DNA of 63,938 nucleotides, counting the filler, from Reclinomonas americana ATCC 50394 (Eukaryota): NCBI GenBank assembly GCA_048213135.1. It is 13 parts of 13 records of this genome, joined end to end, with 100 filler letters (N's around TTAATTAATTAA, not from the genome) between each part and the next. Parts side by side here need not be neighbours in the genome. Positions count along the whole stretch, not along the records: positions 17,320 to 29,306 come from AFZH01024048.1; positions 29,407 to 31,400 come from AFZH01024049.1; positions 31,501 to 41,516 come from AFZH01024050.1; 10 more parts are not named here. One strand, 5' to 3'. Of the stretch, positions 24,314 to 35,893 are shown piece by piece. The notes under the pieces are model-generated. The model searched no databases. It was not told the DNA's origin and was given only the letters and a program-made list of their open reading frames with translations. Position 1 is the stretch's first letter; the number at the start of each line of letters is the position of its first letter. Made by a program: the position numbers and the translations under genes.

Positions 24314-27300
24314 ATGAGCGACAACACACACCAGTACCGCACTCGCCAGCAAACGTCGTCGACGCAACGAAAGGGCGCAACTGCAAGCAAGAACACAGCG
24401 TCGGTGCCGAAGTCACACAACGCTGGCAGTCGATCTCAGCATGCGCATGCACAACCAGCAGCCGCCGCGGCACGACGGGCACCACGTGCACCGACACCGG
24501 CAACTGTTCCGCCTCCACCGCCGCCGCCGCCGGCACCGCCGGTGCTATCGATATCATCGATATCATCGACACCACCGGAAACTGCTCAAGAATCTCCGCC
24601 TCCACCGCCGCCGCCGCCTCCACCGCCGCCGCCGCCGGTGCTATCATCATCGACACCACCGGAAACTGCTCAAGAATCTCCGCCACCATCGCCGCGGCCG
24701 CAACCTGTATCTCCGTGGCCGGCGCCATCGCCATCACCACCGCCGCCGGCGCAACAGCAAGCTCCACCTCAACCACCGACACCACCTGTATCTCCGTGGT
24801 CATCGCCATCACCACCATCGCCACAATCTCCGCAGCCGCGGACGCCGTTGCCTCCGCCGCCGACAATCCCGTCGACGTTGGAGCAGCCTATGTGCGGCAC
24901 CATCGACGGCGACACCGACCTGCAGGTTGCGTTATCCACGCTGCCGGGCACCAGCGCCTTGTCGCCGGAAACGGTTTCATCGATCGCGCACATCATCAGC
25001 ACCACTGTCGATTCGAGAGTGCGATCTGTGGTTGCCCAAATGCTCTATGCACATGGCGCCCCTGGCGCGCGCCTTGGCGATCGCACCTCCAATCAGGTCA
25101 GCTGGTCAGGGTCGCCTGCGACGATGTACTCCACAGCAACATATCAAACAATGCCGTCATCAGTGGCAACACGGGACAGATTCACGCCGTTGTCAGATGA
25201 CACGTTCTCCCGACCGGAACTGGTCGGTTTGGGCGTCGGCGTGTCGGACAGCTACGACGAAATGCCGGCATGTGTTGCCATGAGCTTCGAATCCTTGGGC
25301 GTCTATAGCTCCCGCGGTGGATCTGGAAAATCGGCGTCGAGTGCAGGAAGCACGTCGGCCAAGGGTGGCCGCAGTCGACGTGGGAAAACTGGGGTGAGTG
25401 AGAGATTGGCATTGAGCGCGCGCCTAAACGTACAATGCACCTGCTGATCTTTTCTGCCACTTGCAGGCCGCCGCGACTGATGCACTGGCCATGCTGAAAC
25501 GCTCGAAAAATTACCACACCCATTTTTTCACGGTGGAGTCGTACACGGAGAAGCAATTCAAAACGGACGAGCTGGAGCTGTACGAGCCTGCCAAAGGACT
25601 CTTCATCGATGAGACCGTGAAGGCCTTGGACATCGAAACGCAGGACTGGATTCGACGGTGCTGCGACAGCCACGGCAGCAAGGGTGTGCTCTTTGACGAC
25701 AAAGGATTCGGCAGGCCGCTGGTGTTGGCTGACTTTCCCAAGAAGCACCCCTGTCGCCTACCGTTTGGCGACATGTTCGACAACCAGGTGCTCCACAAGC
25801 TCAGGGCGGAGCGGACCAAGGCGTTCGATTCTGACAGGCATGACGAGCTGGCGGGGAGGAAGCGAGAAAACGCCCGTTTGTGGCGTGCCCGCAATGCGGC
25901 GAAACAAAAGGAGGCCGCAGCCGCTCGCAAGAAGGAGAAGGAGGAGGCGAGGGAGCGAGAGGCCGAGGAGCTCGCCGTCGTCATGGCCACAGATGACGAT
26001 CTGGAGAGCGCGGCCACAGAAAAGGTGCGGAGAAATATTGAAGAGAGAGAAGGCACCAGAACTAGTTTTCACTCGGTGTGTGGCAGAAGACCAAGGGAAC
26101 ACAATCAGCCAAGGTGATCGGCAACAGCGGTCACGATGACAGCAAGAAAGGCGATGATGAAGGGGCGGTACGTGCCGTGCGTGCCACTTGTGCCCCGCGT
26201 GGCTCTTTCTGAAAAAAATTGATCGACTGCAGGCAAGTCGAAAGAGTGGAAAACGCGGTGGTGACGACCTTGATGCGGACGACGACGACCACTCCAGCAG
26301 TGCACGTGGAAGCTCGCCGCCTCTGAAACGCCAGCGAGCACGGGGCCGGCAGCGGAAAGGTAAAGGTACGACAATTGCAAGTCGACACGTCGACATCATC
26401 ACTATTCAGAGTGAGTGCATGTGTGTGGGAGAGAGCTCGAGGGAGAGAGATGTAGTGTGTCTACGTCGCAGAACCTCCACATGCAGTGCACCATATACAC
26501 GAAGTGGGGCTCGGGTGTGGAGCAGAGTTGTGCAGAACATGTCGGCTGTCGACATGCCAAACTCTCGCCCTCTCTCTCGCATCCTCTCTGTGTTAATGTC
26601 AACGCTCACTTGTCTTGTTTGTGTGCTCACATGCACACGGGTGCACTGCAGTCAGTGAGGTTGCACGCACACAGCGGAGCAGAATGCGACAAACTGACAC
26701 ATGCTCGCGCCGTTGTCCGCACGCAGACCAATCGACATCACCCACACGCGCGGGAGCGAGTGGTGACGATGAGTATGACCGCGGTGTCGAGAGCTCGAAT
26801 GCAAAGGATCCGGACTTCGACGCCGGCTTCGTCTCTTTTGTCCAAGCAGCAGACGAGAAGGCACATTCACGGCGTGGAGGAGACGATGATCGCACAACAG
26901 CGAGTGCAAGGAAGTCTGCCGCAGCTCCCATGGACGCCAGTACACCGGACGGTCACACGCAAAAGAAAAACGGATCGGGCGACGGCGCGAAAGGTTTGTT
27001 GTGTCGATGCATCGAATCACGCGCTGCTTCGATTGCTCACACAACTTTGCTCTTTCTGTCTCTCTCTTCTTGTCTCCTCCCTCTTGCACGTGTGTTTATG
27101 TGTGCGCGTCTCTCCGCCGCTCGGGGTTTCCAGGTCGTGGTGCCCAAGGAAAACACGGAAAACATGTGGTAACATCGAAGTCGCAGCGGAGAATCGACCA
27201 TCACTTCAGCCCCGGTGGCTCCCGTGCTGGACGCTCAGCAGCGTCCACTGTTGACGACACCGGCAGCGAGTCTGCACAGAAATCGAATTCGCAGATTGCC

Positions 27301-28996
27301 CCTGCTGCGTCTGGATCTGCAGCTGCAGCTGGCTTCTCCGCCTCCGTCGCGACTGCTGCTGCTGCGGCTGACGGTGCCGCGGCTGCAAGGGCCAAGTACC
27401 GCGCTAGCGCTCGGATGAGAAGCAACTATCAACCTATGATGCCAGATGGCGGCATGATCGAGGTGAAACAAGACGAAGAGGTGATTATGACGTGTGTGTG
27501 CGATACCCAGCCGGTTTATTGGTGCTCATCGTGGGCATGTGTTTGCACAGGGACATGTCGAGCGGCGACTCATCCGCCCCGTTGTGAGGCTGGATGTTGA
27601 CATCCCTGAATTCAATATCAGAGACGAGGATTTTGAGGTCGAATCTAAGCGCTTGGGCGACGAGATCGAACGCCTGATCAACATGTGCGCCACAACGAAC
27701 GTTACCGCCACCGAGGACAGCAAGAAGAAGGCGAAGGAGGCGCTGGATAAAGTGGTGATCGACTGCAGGGAGAAGATTTCTCTGCGCGACATGTTCAGGC
27801 TGCATGAGCACAAAGGCGATCGTTGGTTACAAGACAACGTTGCGTTTGAGTGTGCGAATGCGACGACACTTCTGACTGTTCTGCTGACCACTGTCGTGTG
27901 CAGCTGGTGAACCAGTACGCTAGTTTGGTGAATGATTGTCAACACGCGCTGGCATCTACGCCAATGGCAATGCAACGCGCAATCACCGAGGATGGCATCG
28001 GTTGGCTAGGCGACAGGCTCAACAAGTTGCCATCATTTTTTGTGGCCAACTCCTATTTCTACACGAAATTAGTTACACTGGATGGCGACGACGCCGGCGA
28101 GCGGCGGAAGTTCTCCAACCGCATGTACGACTTTCGCAATGTTGAGAGGTGGACACACCGCAAGCATGTGAAGCGCCTCGGGGAGTACGAGGCCTCCAAG
28201 CAATGGATCAACATCTTCCGGCAACGACGCATTCTCTTCCCCATACACCTCGATCACTTCCACTGGGCGCTCGCTGTGGTGAACATCGCAGAGAGGCGAT
28301 TGGAATACTTCGACTCGATGCCGAGTTACCGAGTTGACGTTGGGCACGGTGTATTGGAGGTCAGTGCACATGCGCGTGGGCATGCATGTATGATGAGACA
28401 ATTTGTAGTGGACGCACATGGCGATGGGTTACCTGACGCTCTGTACGCGCACTTTGCATACACGCAGGACCTCGCTCGCTGGCTTGTCGACGAGTATCAC
28501 ATGTGCTGCAACCCTGATGATCATACGATTGATATCTTCGGTAACGAGATTCCTGTGTTCGCACGCGATCTTGATAGGAAGATCCCGGACGACTTTGATC
28601 GTGTGATGGTGCCGTGCCCGGCGCAACATAACGGCTACAACTGCGGTATCCACATGATTGCCGTACGTTATCTGTCGTTTGTGTGCTTACTTCTTTCTGT
28701 ATTCTCTTTGTTCGGAACTCACTGCATGCATCTCCTTGTCTCCTCTCTCTCTCTCTGTCGTGCAGAACATGTTGTGTGTCATCCACGACCTACATCTCGA
28801 CGCCTTCCCCGACAATCACGCGCTTGTACCACCGAACGCGGATTCGTTCTCACCATTCCCACTGCGCCGACTAATTTACCATGAACTACGAGCCGGCCAG
28901 TACACCGGCTGCTTCACTTTGTCAACTCGTGATCAACCGGCCGGTCAGCCTGCCGTGCCCGGTTCATCGGCTTCAGCGGTGATGGAGGTCGACTGA
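24314..28996 (+). CDS. Large multi-exon protein: Pro-rich/low-complexity N-terminus plus C-terminal Ulp1/SENP (peptidase C48) domain
   Basis: WLQDN|LVNQY, FVANSYFYTKL, VERWT, ILFPIHLDHFHWALAVV, EYFDSM, PAQHNGYNCG (His-Asp-Cys triad and oxyanion Gln). Joining of the upstream exons into the same gene is inferred. Confidence 0.8.
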
Positions 28997-29502
28997 GTTG
29001 CTGCAACAGCAGCATGCACTGTTCATTTGGTCACTGCGCCGGTAGAACTGCAATAAAGAAGAGCGTGTGTTTTTCAGTGACCTGAAGACTAGCCACAGCC
29101 GACGGATGCCGCACCGCAAAACACGCTCGACTCGCCGCGCGCTGCGCAGCTGGCACCTCGCCGGCGACGTGCAAACACACCAGCGACTGTCGCCACCGTG
29201 CCTCCACCGAGTGCCGCCAAGCCGCGCCCGTCAGCTGAGCGAGAAACGTGAGCCGAGTCAGTGGGCAGCTGGCGTGCATCAATTCCACACACAATGACAC
29301 CCGCCGNNNNNNNNNNNNNNNNNNNNNNNNNNNNNNNNNNNNNNNNNNNNTTAATTAATTAANNNNNNNNNNNNNNNNNNNNNNNNNNNNNNNNNNNNNN
29401 NNNNNNACATGTCACCGCCGTGCACTGCGCTTGCGCGTGTTGAGTTGAAGGGCGTTGACTTTGTGAAATTTCATAGCATCGCTCTCCTGCCCACCGCCTC
29501 AG

Positions 29503-30715
29503 CTGTCACAGAGGCACAGCTTGTGCGCACTCAAGGTGACCGAGTAGGATGGCCACCTGCTGATGGTTTCCCAACGAAACACACTGCATTGTGTCACAGT
29601 GGAACGCACAAGCCCATCACCGAGAAATCGCACTTGTCGCATGCACGCACTCGGAGCAACACGCAAGACTCGTGGACTGCGTTGGATGATCTTGGAGGGT
29701 GCAGTCTGCCCTACATGGTGCACCATGTTGGTACGCAAGAACACGAAAGATGCGTGTGCAGTCGTGCAAACACCGCGAAATCTCGTGTTTGCGATGCGCA
29801 TGCCCAGGGCGGCGGTTGCGTGCGCGATGGTGGTGCTTGCTGTCAGCATCTGCACACAGACATGCCTCGACACCTCTCTTTGCCGTTGGAGTGCAGCACA
29901 CAAACCGCAAGCCTGAGAGCAGCGTGCGAGACAACTCACTGTCGATCCGGTCCGGACGTCCGACACGTCGACTCTGCTGCGTTGCGTGATGGCGCTGTGC
30001 AGAGGCTAGCGCTTCTCAGCTGTGCTCTCTTGTTGTGCGTGACACGTGCAATCCGCATGCGAGGCCAAGCAAGGTGAAGGCGCTTGACACGACAGACCGA
30101 TATCGGACATGAGTGACACAGCTGCCTTGGCGCAACGTTTGTGCGTGCCACTCGTGGTCGCCGGCGAGCTCGCGGTGATCAGGGTGACAAGCAGAACAAT
30201 GTGCACCACCTCCTCACTGCGGTGGCGTGCGGCACCAGCGCGGACAAAGTGCAGCGCAAGAACACGCGTTCAATCAGCCACCAAAATGAGACACAGTCGC
30301 ACTCACTCACGCACAAAACCTGTCACAGATGCACAGGTTGTGCGCACTCAACGCAGCAGAGTAGCATGACCATCCACCCATGGTTTCCCAACGAAACACA
30401 CTGCAGTGCGATACGGTGGAACGCACAAGCCCATCACCGAGAAATCGCACATGTCGCATGCACGCACTCGGCGAGCAACACACAAGACTCGTGGACTGCG
30501 TTGGATGATCTTGGAGGGTGCAGTCTGCCCTACATGGTGCACCATGTTGGTACGCAAGAACACGAAAGATGCGTGTGCAGTCGTGCAAACACCGCGAAAT
30601 CACGTGTTTGCGACGCCTAAGGCGGCGGTTGCGTGCGCGACGGTGGCGCTTGCTGCCAGCATCAGTGCATACACATACCTCGACACCTCCTGCTCTCAAT
30701 GCAGTGCAGCACGCA
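29503..30715. repeat. Two diverged ~400-bp direct repeats (~29503-29900, ~30320-30715) in a non-coding-looking contig
   Basis: Near-identical core CAAGACTCGTGGACTGCGTTGGATGATCTTGGAGGGTGCAGTCTGCCCTACATGGTGCACC... in both copies. Confidence 0.85.
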
Positions 30716-31500
30716 CAGAGACGGGCCAAAACATACATCAGGAAACAGTGTCCACTGGGAACAACTCGCGCAGGTGCGCGCACGCCCCAAAAAAACACAG
30801 TGAGCCACTGCGGGACATACGAACGCACCATCTGACGCATAGAGTGCAGTGCCAGCGTACTGTGGTGTCGCGGCGGCGCGCCGACAAGACGGTTTCCGGC
30901 AAACTTCGTGCAACTTCCACTGCGTCCTGCGAGCCTTAATTCACGAAGGAGAGAGTTGCTTGGGCCACAGAAACCGGCCATCAGTAGCCGAAGATGTACT
31001 CTCTCGGCTTGTCAGCTCAGAATGCTTAACGGACCACGCAGGAGCGCATACTTCGCAAACAAAAAACATTCCCAGAAAATCAGCTGGAAGTCTATGCAGT
31101 TGTCGAGCTGCAAGCCCTCAAAATCAGCTCGGTTCGTTTTCTGCTCATTTGAGGCTCGAAAACCTCTCTTTTACGCGTTGTATATGCTTTTCCTTCATCT
31201 AGCTTCGCTTGGCTCGAGTTGGCCGGCCTTCCAGAGGCCTGGGCTGCCCTCCGAAGTCACCCGGCTTCTCCCTGCAGTCGCAGTTCACCGTCCACGCCGT
31301 CGATCAGCCGTCGGACGAGACATCGCACTGTGCAACACACGCAGCGGCACTGCCAGCGCGCGTTCGTGCAGTGGCAGCGCAGTGACTCTCCTCTCGCTTC
31401 NNNNNNNNNNNNNNNNNNNNNNNNNNNNNNNNNNNNNNNNNNNNTTAATTAATTAANNNNNNNNNNNNNNNNNNNNNNNNNNNNNNNNNNNNNNNNNNNN

Positions 31501-31897
31501 CAAATGACCACACTCGCACGGTCCGGTCATAACTCCCACTCACGACATGCTGACCGTCGGGAGTGACCGCGACACTGCGCACCCAGGAAGTGTGCCCCTC
31601 CATCCGTCGCACCTCTTGGCCACGCGCCAGTGACCAAACGCGCACAGAGTTGTCGCCGCCTCCGTGGACGACGTGCTGACCGTCGGGAGTGACGGCAACG
31701 AAGCTCACTGTGTGAGAGTGCCCCAGCAACCGTCGCACCTCCTTTCCAGTCGCCAGGGACCACACTCGCATTGTTCTGTCGAGACTCCCGCTGACAACGT
31801 ACTGACCATCGGGAGCGACAGCAACAGAGTACACCGCGAAAGTATGTCCATTGAAACGCCTGCAGCGGAAAATGTTCCGATGCGGGGCGAGTGACAT
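31501..31897 (-). CDS. WD40 array gene copy 8 (3'-truncated by the contig end)
   Basis: MSLAPHRNIFRCRRFNGH followed by three GH..V.SVAV.PDG..VVSG..D..VRVW repeats. Confidence 0.85.
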
Positions 31898-32089
31898 GAC
31901 GGAGGAGTGTGCGCGCGTGTGTGTGTGTGTGTGTGTGTGTGTGCGGGGTGGGGGGGGGGGGGGCGGAAGAATCAGGGCCAATCAGGACATGATGCTAAGG
32001 ACGCTTGCGCACCGTCGACGCTTCACAACTGCAGACAATGCGCCAGAATTCAACAGGAACTCAAGGAACACAAAATAAAGGCAGAGAGC

Positions 32090-33195
32090 TTACAAACGCG
32101 AGTCGGGATCCACACTGTGTCGATACAGCATGGCCGCCGCGTCCTCGACGATGAAACAGCGCAGCACCATCTCCGGCAGGCACCGGGAGTCTGGCGCCAC
32201 CTCATGACTTTCCTGCTGCTGCTGCTGCTGCACAGCCAACATGGCCGACCGCGCGGCGTCGAGCTCCAGCTGAGCAAGGCCACACGGAGTGGACCACACC
32301 CGAACAGTGCCGTCACCTTTTCCACCCACAATGTGCTGCCCGCCGGGAGCAATGGCGACAGAACGCACTGGAAGAGTGCATTCCCCCAACTGCTGCACTT
32401 CTCCTCCACTCACAACGGACCACACTCGCACGGTCCCGTCCCATCCACCACTCACAATGTACTGGCCATCGAGAGTGACAGCGACTGAAAACACGTATTT
32501 GTGGTGTCCCTCCAGCCGCTGCACTTCTTCGAATTCTCCACTCGGACCACACGCACAGTCCCGTCCCAACTCCCACTCACAGCGTGCTGACTGTCGGGAG
32601 TGACGGCAACAGAGCTCACTGCTCCAGTGTGCCCCTCCAATCGTCGCACCTCTTCTTCACTGGTCAAGGACCACACTCGAACTGTCCTGTCGCGACTTCC
32701 GCTGATTATGTGCTGATGATCATCGGGAGTGACAGCGACAGACTCCACAGCTGCAGTGTGGCCCCACAGCCGTCGCACCTCTTCTCCACTCGCGAATGAC
32801 CACACTCGCACACTCTGGTCACCTCCGCCACTCACAATGTGCTGACTGTCGGGAGTGACAGCGACAGCGAACACAAAAGCAGTGTGCCCGTTCAAACGTC
32901 GCACTTCTTCGCCACTCGCCAGTGACCACACTCACACTGTATAGTCACCGCCGCCACTGACAACGTGCTGACTGTCGGGAGTGACGGCAACGGAACCCAC
33001 TGCTCCAGTGTGCCCCTCCAATCGTCGCACCTCTTCTCCACTCGCCAGTGACCACACTCGCACTGTGCTGTCGTTCCCCCCGCTGACAATGTGCCGGCCG
33101 TCGGGAGTGACGGCAACAGAGAACACCACAGTAGTATTGTGGCCCTTCAAGACACGCTGGCAGTGGAAGAGGTTGCGATGCGGGGTGTGCGACAT
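32090..33195 (-). pseudogene. WD40 array copy 7, disrupted
   Basis: TGA at 32932-32934 where paralogs encode Arg (VRVW), plus small deletions shifting the frame near 32540-32560; the C-terminal tail is retained. Confidence 0.8.
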
Positions 33196-33361
33196 GGGCG
33201 ACGAGTTGTGCGTGTGTGCGTGTGCGCGAAAGAAGGGGAGACGAAGGGGACGAAGACGGTGGGACACCATGCAATCAGGCGACGATTGAGTGCCCAAAGG
33301 GCGAACCGCCTGAGCTCTACAGAGTAGACTTCACTTAGAGAAAAGCAGAGAGGAATCTTTC

Positions 33362-34459
33362 TCACAAACGCGAGTCGGGATCCACGCTGTGTCGATACAG
33401 CATGGCCGTTGCATCCTCGACGATGCAACAGCGCAGCACCATCTCCGGCAGGCAACGGGAGTCTGGCGCCACCTCATCACTTTCCTGCTGCTCCTGTACG
33501 GCCAGCAAGGCCGACCGGGCACCGTCGAGCTCCAGCCGAGCGAGGCCGTACGGAGTGGACCACACCCTCACTATCCTGTCGTCACCTCCTCCTCCCACGA
33601 TGTGCTGACCATCGGAGGAGACGGCAACAGACTGGACAGCATAAGCGCATCCCTCCAACTGCTGCACCTCATCTCCACTCGCCAGAGACCACACTCGCAT
33701 AGTCGCGTCCCAGCCGCCACTGACAATGTGCTGGCCATCGAGAGTGACAGCTACTGAAAGCACAGCATGAGTGTGCCCCTCCAGCCGCCGCACTTCCACT
33801 CCACTTGCCAGTGACCACACACGCACAGTACGGTCAGCACTCCCGCTCACAACGTACTGATCGTCGGGAGTGACGGCCACAGAATTTGAAAAGCCATTGT
33901 GCCCCTCCAGCCGTCGCATTTCTACGCCACTCGCCAGTGACCACACACGCACGGTCTTGTCGCGACTCCCGCTGACAACGAATTGACTGTCGGGAGAGAC
34001 GGCGACAGATAACACTGCATCAACGTGACCCTTCAATCGTCGCACGTGCTCACCGCTCGCCAGCGACCACACGCGCACAGTCTGGTCATCGCTCCCACTC
34101 ACCACATGCTGACTGTTGGGAGTGACAGCGACACAGCGCACCCACCCCTTGTGCCCCTTCATCACTCGCACTTCTTCGCCATTCGCCAGTGACCACACTC
34201 GCACTGTGAAGGCATCACCTCCACTGACCACGTGCCGACTGTCGGGAGTGACGGCAACGGAGGTCACGGTTGCAGTGTGTCTCTCCAATCGCCGCACCTC
34301 TTCGCCACTCGCCAGCGACCACACTCGTATAGTTCTGTCGAGACTCCGACTGACAGCGAACTGTCCATCGGGAGTGACGGCGACAGCGATCACCACAGTA
34401 CTGTGTCCCTTCAAGGAATGCTGGGGGCGGAAGATGTTGCGATGCGGGGCGCGTGACAT
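33362..34459 (-). CDS. WD40 array copy 6: 7 WD40 repeats plus conserved ~60-aa tail
   Basis: Intronless 365-aa ORF with seven ~42-aa repeats, then STPYGLARLELDGARSALLAVQE...SRCLPEMVLRC. Confidence 0.92.
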   Translation of the reverse strand: MSRAPHRNIFRPQHSLKGHSTVVIAVAVTPDGQFAVSRSLDRTIRVWSLASGEEVRRLERHTATVTSVAVTPDSRHVVSGGDAFTVRVWSLANGEEVRVMKGHKGWVRCVAVTPNSQHVVSGSDDQTVRVWSLASGEHVRRLKGHVDAVLSVAVSPDSQFVVSGSRDKTVRVWSLASGVEMRRLEGHNGFSNSVAVTPDDQYVVSGSADRTVRVWSLASGVEVRRLEGHTHAVLSVAVTLDGQHIVSGGWDATMRVWSLASGDEVQQLEGCAYAVQSVAVSSDGQHIVGGGGDDRIVRVWSTPYGLARLELDGARSALLAVQEQQESDEVAPDSRCLPEMVLRCCIVEDATAMLYRHSVDPDSRL

Positions 34460-34589
34460 GATATGATGAAAGTGGAGGGGGACGAAGGACGCGCGAGTCG
34501 ATGCAAAAATGCTGCGTCGAAGCTAAGCGCCTGCATCGACAGCGCAGACTTCTTTACTCGAGCGAGACGCGAAACAAAGAGAGGAATCA

Positions 34590-35684
34590 TTAATACAAAC
34601 GTGAGCCGGGATCCACGTGCGCGCTATATCTATACAAGATGGCTGCCGCATCCTCGACGATGAAACAGCGCAGCACCATCTCCGGCAGACAACGAGAGTC
34701 AATAACCTCGTCTTCACTTTCCTGCTGCTCCTGTACGGCCAGTAGGGCCGACCACGCGCCGTCGAGCTCCAGCCGAGCGAGGCCGCACGGCGTGGACCAC
34801 ACTCGCCCTCTCCTGTCATCTCCTCCACTCACAATGTGCTGACCATCAGGGGCGACGGCAACAGAAGACACCTCGGTAGTGTGTCCCTCGAACCGCCGTA
34901 CCTCTTCTCCACTCGCCAGAGACCACACTCGCACTGTTGTGTCATCGCCGCTCACGACATGCTGACCGTCGGGAGTGACGGCAACAGAATACACAGCAGC
35001 ATCGTGTTCCTCCAGCCGCAGCACCTCTTTGCCACTCACCAGTGCCCACATACGCACAGTGCTGTCACAACCTCCACTCACAGCGTACTGACTGTCGGGG
35101 GTGACGGCGACCGAGCACACTGCGCCGATGTGCCCCTCCAGCCGTCGCAACTCTTTACCACTCGCCAGAGACCACACTCGCACTGTTTCATCGTTACTCC
35201 CGCTTACAATGAGCTGACTGTCGGGAGTGACGGCGACAGATAACACTGTGCCAGTGTGTCCCTCCAGTCGTCGCACTTCTACTCTGCTCACCAATAACCA
35301 CACCCGCATGGTTTCATCATCACTCCCGCTGATAATGTGCTGACCGTCGGGAGTGACGGCGACAGAGAACACCTCCTCAGTGTGCCCATCCAATTGCAAT
35401 CGTAGCACTTCGACTCCACTCGCCAGTGACCATACACGTATAGTCTTATCATCGCTCCCACTGATGATGTGCTGACTATCGGGGGTGACGGCAACAGAGT
35501 TCACCGCCGCAGCGTGTCCCTCCAACCGATGTACCTCTTTGCCACTCGCCAGTGACCACACCCGCACAGTGCTGTCGCGACTCCCACTCACGACGTGCCG
35601 GCCGTTGGGAGTGATGGCGACAGAGTACACAGCGGCAGTGTGACCAATGAGTCTTTTGGAGCGGAAAACGGTGCGATGTGACAT
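34590..35684 (-). CDS. WD40 array copy 5
   Basis: MSHRTVFRSKRLIGH start by analogy with paralogs; seven repeats and the same tail. Confidence 0.9.
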   Translation of the reverse strand: MSHRTVFRSKRLIGHTAAVYSVAITPNGRHVVSGSRDSTVRVWSLASGKEVHRLEGHAAAVNSVAVTPDSQHIISGSDDKTIRVWSLASGVEVLRLQLDGHTEEVFSVAVTPDGQHIISGSDDETMRVWLLVSRVEVRRLEGHTGTVLSVAVTPDSQLIVSGSNDETVRVWSLASGKELRRLEGHIGAVCSVAVTPDSQYAVSGGCDSTVRMWALVSGKEVLRLEEHDAAVYSVAVTPDGQHVVSGDDTTVRVWSLASGEEVRRFEGHTTEVSSVAVAPDGQHIVSGGDDRRGRVWSTPCGLARLELDGAWSALLAVQEQQESEDEVIDSRCLPEMVLRCFIVEDAAAILYRYSAHVDPGSRLY

Positions 35685-35893
35685 GAAGGAGGAGAGTGCA
35701 ACCGGGGACGAAGACGTGGGACGCGATGCAATCAATGCTGCGTCGACGCTTGCATCCTTGCATGGCGAAGCGCCTGCGTTCGACAGAGCAGACTTCATTA
35801 CTTGAAGAAACACAAAAGGAACACACAAAAGAGGAAAGAGGAAACCATCAGTCGTCACAGCTGGCGAATGAATTGTTGTTGTCGATCATCGAC

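Larger units (their letters stand above)
17638..29306. mobile_element. CACTA/EnSpm-superfamily DNA transposon (CACTG end), >11.6 kb; other end not in this contig
   Basis: Terminus CACTGGTTAATTTTTTGGGGG at 17638, followed by dense direct and inverted subterminal repeats, a TnpD-type transposase gene and a divergent Ulp1 gene. Inclusion of the Ulp1 gene inside the element is inferred. Confidence 0.75.

Noticed and set aside
24165..25283. Long overlapping ORFs on both strands (His/Arg-rich, Ala/Thr-rich)
   Set aside because: Shadow frames of the CCG-rich poly-Pro exon; the same applies to antisense ORFs over other GC-rich genes.
30783..30802. Possible right TIR of the CACTG element (CGCCCCAAAAAAACACAGTG)
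   Set aside because: Only a gapped match to the left end, no subterminal repeats nearby, and the flank AGC does not match the left flank ATG.
32932..32934. TGA readthrough or alternative genetic code
   Set aside because: A single Arg-to-TGA change in a copy that also has a frameshift; TGA is a normal stop in CFAP57 (15097) and the Ulp1 gene (28994).
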